From contig NC_045697.1 in assembly GCF_009834535.1 (NCBI RefSeq), positions 31,064,001 to 31,128,000 on the forward strand: a DNA stretch of 64,000 nt, written 5' to 3'. This document shows positions 50,686 through 64,000 of this stretch, one piece after another (the stretch's first letter is position 1; each line of letters opens with the position of its first letter). This stretch comes from Camelus ferus. Lineage: Eukaryota. The notes under the pieces were generated by a model. It saw nothing but the letters and a program-made list of their open reading frames with translations. It did no database searches and had not been told where the DNA came from. The position numbers and the translations under genes are program-made.

Positions 50686-53600
50686 ACAATATAAGAAAAT
50701 ATATTAAATATTTAAGAGAATAAATAAAAATAGAAGAAATTATTTGTGATACACCTTTTTTTTTTTAGTGTTTGATTAAAGTTAAATGTCTTAAACATAT
50801 GGATTAGAAACAAAATTTCGAATCCAGATTTCCTTTTGAGGAAAGAAAAAAATTAGGAAGAACTGTTTTAAATCGACTATTCAAAAACTTAAAACAAATG
50901 TAATTAAGATTTTACTACCTGGGAGGCCTAATCCTGAATCAAACGTTTATGCTATTCGTTTATATTTTCCCTGGGAAAAATGAAAGGAAAGTGCATGTAT
51001 TTTCTCTGAGAGTTTCCAGCCCTCAGGACCTGTTTATCTATAAACATCTAGTTTGTTACCTTGATATTATATATGATTACAACCGAGCAAACATCTCATG
51101 TGGGGATTTGACAAAGTAAATAACTCTTGTGCCAAGTGGCCGGCTTCCTAATGCTCAGGTAGGATTATGGACATTGTGTTGTGGGTTTGTGTTGTTTTCA
51201 ATCACTCCTTGGACTCCTAGTTTGGTTGAGCTCAGCCCAAGATGCCTCTCTCTCCAAAAACAAAAATTAAGCTAAAGGCCTGACCATATGTTTGGTCCTG
51301 ATGGTGTTTATTCTCTGGATTAGATTCAAAGAATGAATAGAATGAATAAAATGAAGAAAGCCACCTGTCCAGCAATGAGCCCTGAAGTACGGAAGCAAGG
51401 GGCTCATTGCGGGCTTCCTCTCAGGGTTGTCAAGGCCAGTCTTGCAGGAAATCAACAAGGTTCAGTGGCCCCCGGGGCCAGTGCTTAGTGTTTGCCGTGA
51501 GTTTTGGCACCTCTCTTAGACTCAAGTGGCTTGTCTGAGACTGAGGAGCCTGAATCAGAATAAGCAGTTAGCAAGTTGTTCTCTGTGGTGCCTTAGAGGG
51601 TCCTTCGACCTTGCCTTAGGGGGCACCCGATGAGGGGGTAGGTGGGAGGGATTTCAGGCTGTCTTCCGAATGCCAAACTAAGCCCTCAGATCCACGCACA
51701 TTACTGTATTCCCATATGATTTCCCTTGAAAGAGTTGAATAAACAAAAAGTTCAGCTGAGGGGCTTGGGAAAACAAAGAAACAAATGTCTAAAGGGGTAT
51801 TTTTTTCAGCAGTTTTATAATATTTGACTTTCTCTGGAACACAGGCCATACAGGGTGGGAGTGGTGATCTACAACCTCCAGTCTATAGTAAAAGTTGTTG
51901 CTCTGAAAGGACTAGAAGGAACAAGGGGAAAAGTCATTCAACAATGAGCACTGCCTGTGTACAAAGTATTGTTCAATATTTAGGGTCCAAAGATTTTAAA
52001 TACAGTCCCTGCCGTCTAGGTTCAAAATTTAAGCGGGTGTGTACTTGGGGGGGAGTATGGACACATGCTGTATCATGCTAGGCTAGTTGTGTTAAGTGCT
52101 GACTTAATGGTAAAACAACATTTATTTAGAAGGAGGAGAAGAGAGGCGCATTTCCATCAGGGCAATGAGGAGAGCGTCTAAGAGGGAGAAGGTACTCGAG
52201 ATGCACTTTGCAAAATGAGCAGGATTTCAATAAGAAGTGGTGGCAACATGCCCCTAATTCCACACCACACATGTTCCTAGCTAGAAATCTAGAGAGAGAC
52301 CTAGTGCTATGCCTAACTTGTGAACATCTTTGAGTCCTTCTAATGAGTTGTGATTCAGTTGAATTCTGGGAAAAATCTAGATGATGAAATGTAAGGCAAA
52401 AAAACTCTAGGGACTCATGAGGTTTTCCTTGAAGAAATAACAGACCAACTATAAAATGTTAGTACTGAATGAAAACATTGTGAGCCTTCTCTGACATACA
52501 GCTTAGCTCCATACTGATTGCATCCGGTTTCCTTTTGATCTGAGTGTCACTGAGGCTGCCAGATAGAAAAGCCCAAAGGCATTGGCGTCCACAGAGAGCA
52601 GGAGAGTTTCTCCTTGTTCTTCTCATTGGGGTCCTCAAATATCACATGTTTTTGGAGTGTGCTGTGCTCTGGAGCTTGAAATGACCTTCCTTTGAGCTTC
52701 AGTCTTTTAGTTTTCCCTTGAGTGAGTCAAGAGAGTTTAAACATGGAGTCAAGGGTATGAGAAGGTGGTTTGGAGGACCTGAGTGTAGGAAGTGCCCTTT
52801 TGGCAGTGGGGATGCTTGCTAAGAATCCTGGCTCCACTCTGTCCTTGGGGAAAAAAGGGTAAGATCCACATCCTCAGATTTTTACAAGTCAAAATGAGAA
52901 ATAAATCAATTCCATTCTGTCATTGACTGAGAGCACTGATGCACAATGACACCAAAGCTCAGTCCTTTCTCAGACAAAGGATACAATAAAAATAACTATG
53001 TTTTTTCCTGAAGACTGCTAAGTTCAGCCTACTCTTTCACTTTGGGTAATGCAGAATTCAGGTTAATGGGAGATTACTCACCATAGATATTCTTTCAGCA
53101 TTGCTTTTTTCCTACATTCAAAAACATATATTTCAAATGCATTTGTCATTCATAGTATAATAAATTCTCAGAATATTGGGGTTGAAAATATAATTGAATG
53201 CTCAGTGATATTTTTATTCTGTAGAAAAAGACTTGATACATTTTCTTGAACTTATTCTCATTATTGACTAATACTTTTGAAGTGATCGATTAATAAATGA
53301 GCGAGAACCTGTTTTGTGCCGTGAGGGGCCTTTTGGAGGATTTTGTCACAATATAAGCTGTGATGTTTGCATGCCAGAAGCTTGCAGTGACAAGAGTATA
53401 TACGGAAAATGCATAGTTTTTTTTCCCTCTCAGATTATAGGTGCCAGAGGACATCAGAGGAGAAAAAGATCAATGAAAGATGGAGTTACTGAAAAGACTT
53501 CTTGAGCTCATAGAATTTTGTTCGTTCATAATCTATCTCTCTGTACATCTAACTCAACTTTCTGGTGGGGTGACCTTGAGCACATTAAATTTAACACTCT

Positions 53601-54017
53601 GTATGTCGGTTTTCACATGTATAAAAGAGGGGCAGTGGCATCTGCTTCATAGGATTGCTTTTTAGATATTGTTTTAAGCAATGGAAATATAAAAGTGATA
53701 ACATCACAAACTCTGCGCACAAGAAACCCAGAGTCCATGTGAAAGCAGACGCGGAAATGAGTGAGTGTTTCACAGGGTGAGAGCTCAGTAGAAGCAGTGT
53801 GTGCTGAGTCAGTGTATGATGACCTAAGAGGACTTCAAGAGTGGTTCTGCCTGGGATACTCAGGGAAGGCTTCACAGAAGAGGAAATGCTTAGTTGCATC
53901 TTACAAGTTGACTAGAAGGTTTATAAAGTGGGCAAAGGCAGTAGCAGGGACAAAAAGTAGAAGGTGCAGACTTGCAGGGATCACCATCTGAGTCATTTAG
54001 TGTAACTAGAGTATAAA

Positions 54018-54548
54018 CTGTGTTTCAGTTACCAAATTCCTTGTAAGTCATCCTCATATTTACTGATTTAAAAGGACACTTTATTATTTCTCACAGTTTC
54101 ATGGGTTGATGGTACTCAGCTGGGTTCCATGTGACATCGGCTGGGGCCACTCATTTAGCTGCATTGAGATGCCGGCTGGGCTGGGCTGGGCTGGGAAGTA
54201 CAAGAACCCTTCACTTAAAAATCTGGCACCTTGGTGCTCCTCCATGTGGCCTCTCCAGGGAGCTATCTTGGGCTTCTTCACAACATAATGATCTCAGGGT
54301 AGTCAGACTATTCCTATGGCATCTGTCTTCCAAGAGGGAAGAATCAGAAGATGCTAGACTTAAGATCTGGGCTCAGAAGTTCCAGAATAGCCTTTCCCCC
54401 ATTTCCTGTCTGTCAAAACAAGTCCCAAGGCAAGCCCAGATTCAGGATGAAGGGATAGCCTCCATCTCTTGATGGATGGAGTGACCTGTGTCTACAGGGA
54501 GAGAACGAAGCGATGATGGCCATCATTGGAGATGATTTATCACAACTG
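54018..54548 (-). mobile_element. MLT1G/H-like MaLR LTR
   Basis: ttattatttctcacagtttcatgggttg...ctccatgtggcctctcc...gcccagattcagg...ggccatc...tttatcaca. Confidence 0.65.
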
Positions 54549-54799
54549 TATATAGGGAGTTGTGGGGAATGAGATTGGAGAAGTTTCTGGAGCCAGTTCA
54601 TGGAGTAATTCATGGATTGTGCTCTGTTACATGAAGCTGTTTGGCGTTGCTTATGGGCTTCCTGAGCCAGACTATGGTGGTAAAAGATACTAGGAAACAT
54701 GCCAGTATTTCCCACTTACATTGTGAATTGCCCAAAAAAGATATTAGAGTCTCACAGTAATATATTTTAGTGTTTTTTAAATGGGTTTTATAATTTCTT

Positions 54800-56640
54800 T
54801 TGAAACGTGCCACATTTTTTTCCCCGTTTTTCCCCTGCTGTTATGAATTTAGACTCACTGATGTAGAAAATGCTGAGATAAATATCTTTGTGAATGTAAT
54901 TTTTATATTGTTAGACTGTTTAGACAAGTTTCCAAAAATGAGATAATTAAGGCCAAGGACATAACCATTTTAATAAAATTCAGATTTAGAGCAGAGAGGA
55001 TGGACATTTTAGTATAATCAGGACTTGAGCTCTTGCTACCGTCTTGGCTATCTGGTTAAACTTGATTCTAAATGTACAACTTTGTATGTCTTGTAACAAT
55101 GCAAGTTCCTCCATAGTATTTTCATGAGTTTACTCCTGCCCTTGTGCTGTTACGCTCATGTGGGCAATTTCTGTTTCATCTTGTAGTATCCTAGATCTAG
55201 AACTACCTTGCCTTTCACTATAAATCCCTTGTATCTAGCCATGTCAGGATTTTATTAAATACAGAAGGGTCACTGTGCAACATAGCTTTATTTCTAATTG
55301 AAGATATAATTCTTCATCCTTTCTTAACTTCCCACCATTTCTAGCACAATAAACAAGCTTTTCCTCTTGGGTCTTAGAAGAGTTCCTCATATAATGGCTC
55401 TGTTAGGGTATTACCTTCTCTCTACAAGCATTTATCTACTTTTTTCCTACTAAATGTAATTTATTTCCTAGAAGAAACTCCAGTGCCAGATTTGCCATCT
55501 TTTTTATGTATGTTCTAAATGTTTTCAAGATGATGCAGAGTTTTTATTTAATAAATGGAGGAAATGTTGCTCGAAAAACTTCATTGACTTCAAGTTAAGC
55601 ATAGCGTATTACCGGTTCTAAATGCTTCTGCCTCTTAATTAATCAATTTCTGTTTCAATCTTTATTATTTTTTTCCTTTGCTTTGATAGAATACTTTTGA
55701 TGTTCACTGTGCAATTTCTTGAATTGAATTATGAGTACATTTATTTTTATTTTTCTTTAAGGAATATAACTCATGGATATGAATTTACCTCTTAAAACTA
55801 TGTTTATTTTATATATACTTTTTTATTTGTAACACTTTGATTTTTATTATGGTTAAAGTAGTTAATTTCAGGATTTTTCTCTTTGACCTAATTGTTTTTT
55901 GGAGAATTTATTCACTTCCAAGAAACTGTTTTTTATGTTTGGCTTTACATATAACTATACATTTCTAATTTTATTGCATTGTTGTCAGATGATGTGACCT
56001 ATGATATGGTCACCATTTGAAATTTATTGATATTTTCTTTGTAGTCTAATAGAATGTAAATTTTTGTTAAGTATGTATATGTTTTTGGAAAGTATGCGAT
56101 TTTTATTTTAACATATATAGGTACATATGTATATGTATATATGTATTCATAAATACCACACCATAATTTAATCATATCATTATAATTAAATTATTTAAAT
56201 ACTCTGATTCTTATTTTAGTCCCCATTTTTAATCAGATATTTATGGTGAGCTATTGTATTTTGGTCTTTATTAATTTGGCTTCTTATATTTAAATACATA
56301 GAGAGATTTTCATGACTTTTCTAATAATAATATTTGATAAATTAATGCTGTTTGGCTTGAAATCTTCCTTTTCTTATGTTACTATTTTCACAGCCCACTT
56401 CACATTTCCTATGTTTTATTTATGTATGTTGTTCTAGTTTGCCTATTTTTTTTTGCTCAGTAACTTTGGTTTAGGTATTTCTTGTGTAAACAAAAATGGA
56501 ATTGGATTTATTTGACATAATCTATGAACTTTATGTTTTAGTAAGAGAATTCAACTTATTTAAATTCATTGGGTTTGCTATAATTCTTTTCTTTACTGTC
56601 GTCATTTTTTTTTAATGTTTTGTGTATTTTTTCTGTTTTC
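54800..56640 (-). mobile_element. Highly degraded L1ME-type sequence
   Basis: Very T-rich with L1 antisense motifs (atttctaattttattgcattgttgtcaga; tttgaaatttattga; tttgacataatct). Confidence 0.5.
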
Positions 56641-58176
56641 TTTAAAAAAAAACCTCTTTTTTTCAAAATGTACTATGCTTTCTTTTCAGTCTAAGGAAAA
56701 GAGGGAGGGAGAGTGCATATGGAGCGTTTGCAACAACACAGCGCCTCTCTCAGTGAGGCAGCGCACACTTGGCGCTGTGAGCCGGGTGTACGTGCCACCA
56801 TCGCTGCTCAGCGTTCCTTGTGTCAGAGCCCTTCTCTGTGTAGCTGATGCTGTACGATAGCATTTCGCAATCTTTATTTTTCATTATTGCCCCTGATCTG
56901 CTTAAGTACTGTAGGTATATCTGTGATTTATATATAAAAAGAGTTAATTTTTTTTAACTTTCTCACTCCTAAGAATCAATTTTCACCCCCTTGGAGACAG
57001 TATTGTCCTTACAGAGAAGACATGTGGTTCAGGGAGGTCCCCCAACGGCCACTCACCTCTGAACGGGCAAGTGTTGGTCGTGTGTTTGACGGTATTTCCC
57101 TCTTCCGCCCAAAGCATGCAACTCCTCTGTGGGGCAGAGTCTGTAGAACATTCAGCCCTGAGTGCCCTCCCTTTTTTAGCACTTCCTGTAAGCACCTGAC
57201 ATGTGGATGTCACACTGTCCTAGTTTTTATCACTAAATCAAGTCCACCCCCACCTCCCGCCAACTCTTAACGTTCCTTTTTCTCTTGAGAAGAGATTTAT
57301 CAGTGGAGGACAGAGGCATTAGACTCCCAGGCTTCTGTCACCATCTTACCCAGAAACCCATGTGGCTGTTTCCGAAGAAAGTTCTGGAATATAAACGTAG
57401 GCTTGGAATGAAAATGAAACTGAACAAATGCCCTTCTTCAGAGAGCTAAATAATTTAATATGATTGATAACTAATAGTCAGGAGAAGGGGAGTGTTACAA
57501 GTCAAGGCCGGGATAATCATTTTATTGGAATGTCAATTTCCCTGCATACTAAAAGTCACACTTCAAATTAATTACAACACTGATGAGTAACTTAAGGTGA
57601 TTTTGTGCTTTATGTGTTATAATGTAAGATGTATTATGCTGACTGCTATTTTTTCATACCTTTGAAAATTGCCAACACTTTATTATCCAGATTCATAATT
57701 TTCACTTTTTTTCTCTTGTCACAACTTCTCTGCTTAGAATTCCACTATTAGTGTGGAAGAGAGTTGAAAATTAGATTTGACTATATGACATTCAGCCCAT
57801 TCGTAGTGGATCATGCTGTTGCTTCAGCAACCTCAGGGCTCTTGTTTTTGGTTTCATATTGGGACTCAGAAGCTCTTAATGTTTACTAGCTTGATTCAGG
57901 CAAATAACATGCTGAAAGAAATAACTTTCCTTCATTCAGAGCTATCAGTACATTCAGAATAGCAAAGTGCGGTGGGGTTAAAATTCACATGCTTTAGTAT
58001 AATTATTTAAATATGAAATATAATTAAAATTAAAATTCTTAAAAAGATTTTAAAATATTTTTATAAGGATGTTAAAATTTTTGTAGTTCTTTTGGTTTAT
58101 CTATTTTTAAAATTTCTTACACTTCTTTATTACAGTCCCAATTTGGGGAAAAAATAATAAAAATGTAGTTTTTCTT

Positions 58177-58444
58177 TCTTTTTTTTAATTGAAGTATAGT
58201 CAGTTATGTGTCAATTTCTGGTGTACAGTGTGATGTTTCAGTCATACGTATACAGACATATTTGTTTTCATATTCTTTTTCATTATAAGTTACTACAAGA
58301 TATTGAATATACAGAACAAATTTGTTTTCTAATCTATTTTATATATAGTAGTATTTGCAAATCTATTTATCCAATTTATCCCTTCCCACCTCCTTTCCCC
58401 CTGTAACCATAAGTTTATTTACTATATCTGTGAGTCTGTTTCTG
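58177..58444 (-). mobile_element. 5'-truncated lineage-specific L1 3' end with perfect TSD
   Basis: T-rich tail, then aattgaagtatagtcagtt...ctgtgagtctgtttctg; 15-bp TSD aatgtagtttttctt at 58162-58176 and 58445-58459. Confidence 0.9.
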
Positions 58445-58554
58445 AATGTAGTTTTTCTTACAAGCTCTTTTTTTCTCCTTTCCTTTCTTGGCAGACGTCA
58501 CATATACTACACTTTATTTCAGCAGCAAATGATGCTTTATTCAATGGTGGGATT

Positions 58555-58630
58555 TCCTCCCTTCCTCCTTCCCTCCCTTCCTTCCTTCCTTCCTTCCTTC
58601 CTTCCTTCCTTCCTTCCTTCCTTCCTTCCT
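58555..58630. repeat. (CCTT)n microsatellite
   Basis: Run of cttc/cctt units. Confidence 0.95.
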
Positions 58631-59994
58631 GCTGAAGAGGTTGTTATCTTTCACAGGCAAAACATACATGAAATTAAAGGAACAGCTGAAAATACACTCC
58701 TGGCCTGATGGGAGCAATTCACTTCAGTAACATCTCAGAAACACTCCCTTCATCTTCTTCGCTGTCTCCTTCCTTTTCCTGGACTCAGGGTTATTAACTC
58801 CTTGATGAATTGCTGCTTGAGATGAAAAAGTGGGAAAATACAGTGAAAGTATAGGCTTTTACCTTAGCCTGTTGTATCAACTTCTAAACCATAAGCTCTA
58901 GTTTTCAGTTACTTATTTTCAACTAAGAAACATTATTAGGCTCCAATGATTGAGATGGATGTTGTGTATATTCTGAAGAGTAGAACAGACATGTTGTCTC
59001 TTGTCTATCTCTTTCATAAATAAGCAGATGTGGAAGGAAATCAACCAGAGCTCCTCGAGCCTGAGCCTTTATTAGATAATGCTGACCACAAGGAGGCTTG
59101 GAAGGTCTCTTGGGAAAGGAGGGCAAAATGGTTTCTAAGGCTGTAGCAAGAATAGGTCAGTAGAAGTTCACCAGGTGTGAGAAATAATTGGCCAAAGATG
59201 GTTCTCAAGAGAGGAGTATCATTCTTGAAGATTAGCAACAACTGTTGGTCAATTTGGATTGTACCAAGAACGTTGGAGAGGACTAGTTAGGGGCTGAAGT
59301 CACGTGCAAGAGATTATGGGCAGAATCAATTGCAGGAGACAAGGACAAGGGGGGGCCCATGTGAAACATCCTCATTCTTTCAATGCCTCATATTCAAGAT
59401 AACTTGAGTTGATAAACAAAAGGACATGAATTTATTCCTGTTAACTTTACCACAGAGTGCTAGGTAATTCTAAAATTATCAAGATTCTTAGATGGCTTGG
59501 TGAAAATTGCCAAAATGAATGAAGGACCACACTCACGCCTTCCTGTAGCCCAGCTCCTACCGCAGTGGGGACAGAAGTTGTGCAAGTTAACTATCTCGTT
59601 GAGCATGTGCTGCTGTTTGATGTATTCCACAGATTTTATTGAGTTCTTCCTGTGTACATAGTGTTTCTCTCGCAATCTAGTGGAAGACGCAAACTCACAA
59701 TCACCCTACTGAGTGCATAATCACAAAGTGAGTAACGTGTTCTGAAGGAAAGGGATAGATTCTTAGAACATTTAATAAGGTACCTTTATCCAGACTAGGA
59801 GTTAGGGAAGACTTTCCTGAGGAGGTAAGCTATGAAAATGAGTAAAATTTGGAGACAAAGACTTGATTAGATTTGAGTTTTGAAAAGCTCCTTGTAGTTC
59901 ATCCTTACATGTGAGTCTGAAATAAATTTGCAATGCAGATATTTTATTTTCATTTTTTTTGGAAAATGAGTGATTTTTAAACATTAAAAATACA

Positions 59995-60313
59995 TAACAA
60001 CACTGAAGAATTTTTAGGGAAGATACTCTGTGTGATACTATAATGATGGATACATGTCATTATACATTTATCTAAACACAGAATGTACAACCCCAAAAAT
60101 AAACCCTCACATAGATTATAGACTTTGATCACGATGTATCAGTGTAGGTTCATTAGTTGTAACAGCTGTACCACTCTGGTGGGGGATGTTGGTAACAGGA
60201 GAGGCTGCGCATGTGAAGGGGTAGGGAGCGAACGGGAAATCTCTGCACCTTCCTCTCAGTTCTACTGTGAACCTAAAACTGTTCTAGAAAAATTGTCTTT
60301 AATTAAAAATAAA
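59995..60313 (+). mobile_element. L1MC-type 3' end
   Basis: gatactataatgatggatacatgtcattataca...gtaccactctggtgggggatgttg...ctgtgaacctaaaactgttct plus A-rich tail. Confidence 0.85.
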
Positions 60314-62659
60314 TTACTGCCTTAGTGCAATCAAGTTTGTTTTTCCATATTGCCTTCCAGTGTGTATATACATGCGTCTATGTATTTTTATAGTGGCATT
60401 CACAATAAATGGGCCATTTTTAAAGTGCTTATTAAGCATAATACTTTATCAGGAACATTTTTCATTTTTCCCCTAGTGCTTATAATTAAACGTGAAAATG
60501 ATTATATTATACATCATAATGGTGACACATTAGAATTTGTTGAAACATTTCCCTCTTGTTGGAAATTAAGGTTTCTAGTTTTGGAGTTTGCTTTATAGAT
60601 AGTGTTGGATATAGATTCTTATTCTTGTTGAATTACATTTTTAAGACAAAATTCCAGAGACCGCAGTACTGAGCTGTGGTCGTAGTTTAATCGATACTCA
60701 TCAATAAATTTTAGCTTTCCTTCTTTGGATACTTTTCAATGTTCTTTTTATCATAAAGAAGTTTTAAAATGTCTATTTTTACATGTATTTTGTTAGCATG
60801 TGTAGAAGTTATCCATTTAAAAATACTTCTGATGGCAGTAAGCTTTTTTTTTTTTTTTTTTTTTTGGAAGGAAATGAGGCAGTATATATTATTTCCACCG
60901 TTCTTTTTGGCTGTGCTGGAAGTGAGTATTTGCACAATTATATGCCAACCACTAGGAGTCGCTAGTTTACCGCATCCTCATTGTAGAGTGCATGTGAAAT
61001 CCCATGCACACAGCTGAACTGCGTGGCATTGAGGAAAGCCGCTCGCGGTGCAAATCTTACTAAACTGCCAGTGCATTTGCTGCCTTGAAAAGAACATGAA
61101 GTAGATGCGTGCCACACTTCAGATCAATAAAGTGAATTGGTAAATTAGGGAATTATATTTTAAAATTTTAATGGTTCTTCCCTTCAAAGGTTATGTGCAC
61201 AATAAACAGTTTTATCTTTGAAAAATTGGAAGGTCCACTCAGCCAGCTCAGGGTAAGGTCTCCTTGAGTCTGAGAGCCCAAAAGTTGTTTAAAGGAAAAC
61301 TATGGTTTACTTGCTCAGGACTGCTGTCAGACAACACCAGGCTTTGCCTGCTACTGTTTAGTCTTACCAGAGAACTCCTCAAATATAAACATCTTGCACC
61401 TTTCAGATTTCTTCATTATGCTACTTTATCATAGGCAACATTTAATCAATAAAGAGTAAATGTTATTTTTTCAGACTCTTGTTGTTACTTTAGAAACCTG
61501 CAGAAAAATTTATGTATTTTTTAAAGTATATTTTTAAAGATGAAAATTTAGGGTCAAAATGATTTCATTAGGAGCAAAATCATTATGGAAATGAGGTAGG
61601 AATTTAATTTGATTTATAAATCCTGCTTTATATGCAATGTCACAGACACCTATCACTATCATAAATAGAGTTGTAGTCATCTGTCCCCGTGACCTGTGGC
61701 TTGCTCTGCTGTGGCTAATACTGTCTGATTAAAGATACACATTATGGCAGAGTAGAAATAGCTTTGGTTACAAAATGACAGGGGACAACGCAAAGACATA
61801 GATTTACTACATCTAGTGCTATTTTATGACCATAATAAGTCATCTTTAACTTTGACCTAAAGTTACTTGGAGAATAAATAGTCTTAGTTTTTCCAACTTC
61901 TGCTTTTGATATGTGGGCCCTTTGGTTTACACAATGAAGAAATCTTGACTAATAATCTATGTATTTGGAAGATGTATTTTTGTAATTCTAGTAAAATACC
62001 AGATTTGCCTGTAACCAAGTTTTACTTTTTCTTTAAAATTGTCAAGTATGCACTTTGATGTCAATTTATGTAGCAAAACCATAAATCCTACACGTTTAAA
62101 TTTATTGTGGAGAGCTGTCATCTTTATTAGTGTTTTGAAGATGACTGTAATGTACCCTCAAAATTGCAATTGTAAAAGGTGGTAAAATAACATACTGACT
62201 GTGTAAAAAATGAATGCCAGTAAATACTATAAATTTATAAGTTAATATTTTATGTTACTAAAACCAACATGTTGATAAAATATGAAAATCTTACAATTCG
62301 AGTTTATACTCCTCTCTTTATCTCTTTCCTCACAAAGGGCTGGCCACCGCTGGTTACAATCCCTTGGCCACCAAATAGTCTGGATTCTACTTCCTGAATA
62401 TGTTTAATTCTGTTCTTTTTCCTTAATTCCTACTATGTCTGTTCAGTCTCTTATCATACTTGGTCTGTAGCCATTTTGACAATTTGTTGAGCAAATGAAT
62501 GACATACAAGCTTCTCTGTATGTCACTTATGGATATTTTAATTGATGCATGTAGGCAAATATTCTATATCAATAGATTGTTACCCACAGGTATGGTACAT
62601 TTGGAGTAGATGATATCTTCAGATAGATCACCAGATGTTGGAGTTTGGATTACCTATAT

Positions 62660-62682
62660 GCCATTTTTTCTTTTTATTTCTT

Positions 62683-62717
<35 letters not shown>

Positions 62718-62718
62718 T
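62660..62718. repeat. (TTTA)n microsatellite
   Basis: ttatttatttattt run. Confidence 0.9.
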
Positions 62719-62999
62719 ATCTGTAGGATACGTCAAATATTAGGTGCTTGATTATTTTTTCAATTAAAAAATTGAAATACGTTAGATGTAAAACATTGTG
62801 TGAATTTAAGAGGTACAACATGTTTCCTTGATGCATTTATGGTGATGGTTATTATTGATCACAGAGTAGATCTGAAAATTACAATTTTAATGATCAGAAA
62901 CATTGTGTGTCTATTTCCATAGGCTGTGTCATGGGGAAGTTCAAACTCCAAGTGAAATTTATGGCAGAAGAGAATCATAAACATGTATAGCTGAAGACA

Positions 63000-63611
63000 T
63001 GTTAAAGTATTTTTTATTTTCTGTATTTTCTTTTTTTGGCTTCTTCGTTTAGTTGAAGGATAGTCAGTTTACAATGTTGTGTTAATTTCTGGTGTAAAGA
63101 ATAGTGGTTCACTTATACTTTTCTGTATTTTCTGATGCTTTGACATCTGGGACCTTGCTGACACTGGAGGGACTTCCCAGGGATGGCTGATTCCAAGAGA
63201 TAGAAAACAATTTGCCCGGGAGTGAGCCTTTGATATGCAGACTGACCAGTCCAGAGGCCACACCCTCAGCCATCTTCTCTAGCACACTCAGGGACACTAT
63301 CCCACTGCCCCAGTCATCCCAGGGCTAGGTACCAGGCCACTAGAGACAGCTTCTTTAACCCCAGAACTCCCTCAAATTATTCAAATTAGCCAGTTCTAAC
63401 CCTGCTCATCCCACCTTGCCTTTCCTGTGGAAACCACAAGAAAGGCTCTTGCCCACGTTCTTTGGACAAAGCTGGTGTTCCCTGTTTGGCCTGTGCATGG
63501 CCTGTCATGCCATGGGAACTGTGAATGTAACAGATTAACAACTATTTTTCAATGGCAGTCCTCTCCTGTTGGCCTCACCATACCTGAATATAAAACCTAC
63601 GTTTTAAAATA
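63000..63611 (+). mobile_element. MER74-like ERVL solo LTR, interrupted
   Basis: tgttaaag...ttttctgtattttctgatgctttgacatctggg...ggcctcaccatacctgaat...ttttaaaata. Confidence 0.75.
63032..63118 (-). mobile_element. 87-bp L1 3'-end insertion with perfect 15-bp TSD
   Basis: ttgaaggatagtcagtttacaatgttgtgttaatttctggtgta; TSD ttttctgtattttct at 63017-63031 and 63119-63133. Confidence 0.85.
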
Positions 63612-63634
63612 GGGGAGAACTTAGTACTTCTTAA

Positions 63635-63890
63635 AAAATCTTCCATTTGAGTGCTTTGTGACAAGCACAGTGGTAAATGCTTTATGTGCAGGATCTCACT
63701 AAATCCTCCCAGCATTTTGGTAGATGCTATTATTGCCCCTCTTTTAAAAATAAAAGGACTGAGATTGTGAGAGATTAAGAAACCTACCCGAAGTCCCACA
63801 GCGGAAGTAGAGGAGCAAGGCCTAGAGCAGGGCTTTCTGAATCCAGAGCCTGTACACACAGCTCCCAGGCTTGACTGTGCTTCCTATCAC
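63635..63890 (-). mobile_element. MIR SINE
   Basis: gcacagtggtaaatgctttatgtgc...actgagattgtgagagattaag...tctgaatccagagcctg. Confidence 0.75.
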
Positions 63891-64000
63891 TTGCTTTGTC
63901 TAAAAAATTACCAAATTCCTCCCCTTCCTTTCTCTTCACACTTTTATTGATTGGCATATTCCTTTCTTTTCTTAATATAGAAATAAACCTGACCGGAATA

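Noticed and set aside
38046..64000. GRXCR1 exon 3 (GAEKILSMNESGELQD...) or exon 4 (Cys-rich)
   Set aside because: No matching peptide seen; presumably downstream of the window, though short exons could be missed by eye

Overview
Mammalian nuclear DNA, AT-rich and CpG-depleted, lying inside the large introns of GRXCR1, the hair-cell stereocilia / DFNB25 deafness gene (+ strand). It is probably camelid, judged from a tRNA-Ala-derived SINE resembling Vic-1. Only one coding exon is present: the 243-nt, phase 0-0 exon 2 (37802-38044), which encodes most of the glutaredoxin-like domain. I could not find exons 1, 3 or 4 in the window. The rest is intronic and dominated by interspersed repeats (L1, L2, CR1/L3, MIR, MaLR/ERVL/ERV1 LTRs, hAT and Tigger MITEs, microsatellites), many of them nested and several with readable target-site duplications (TSDs). 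I found no evidence of a new gene or novel genetic system. The best leads are motif-level candidate regulatory elements (a POU4F/ATOH1/RFX/GATA cluster, RFX X-boxes, a CTCF site), a latent cryptic splice donor next to exon 2, and rearranged or lineage-specific retroelements. Repeat family names come from recalled consensus sequences and need RepeatMasker/Dfam confirmation. Boundaries of old repeats are approximate.
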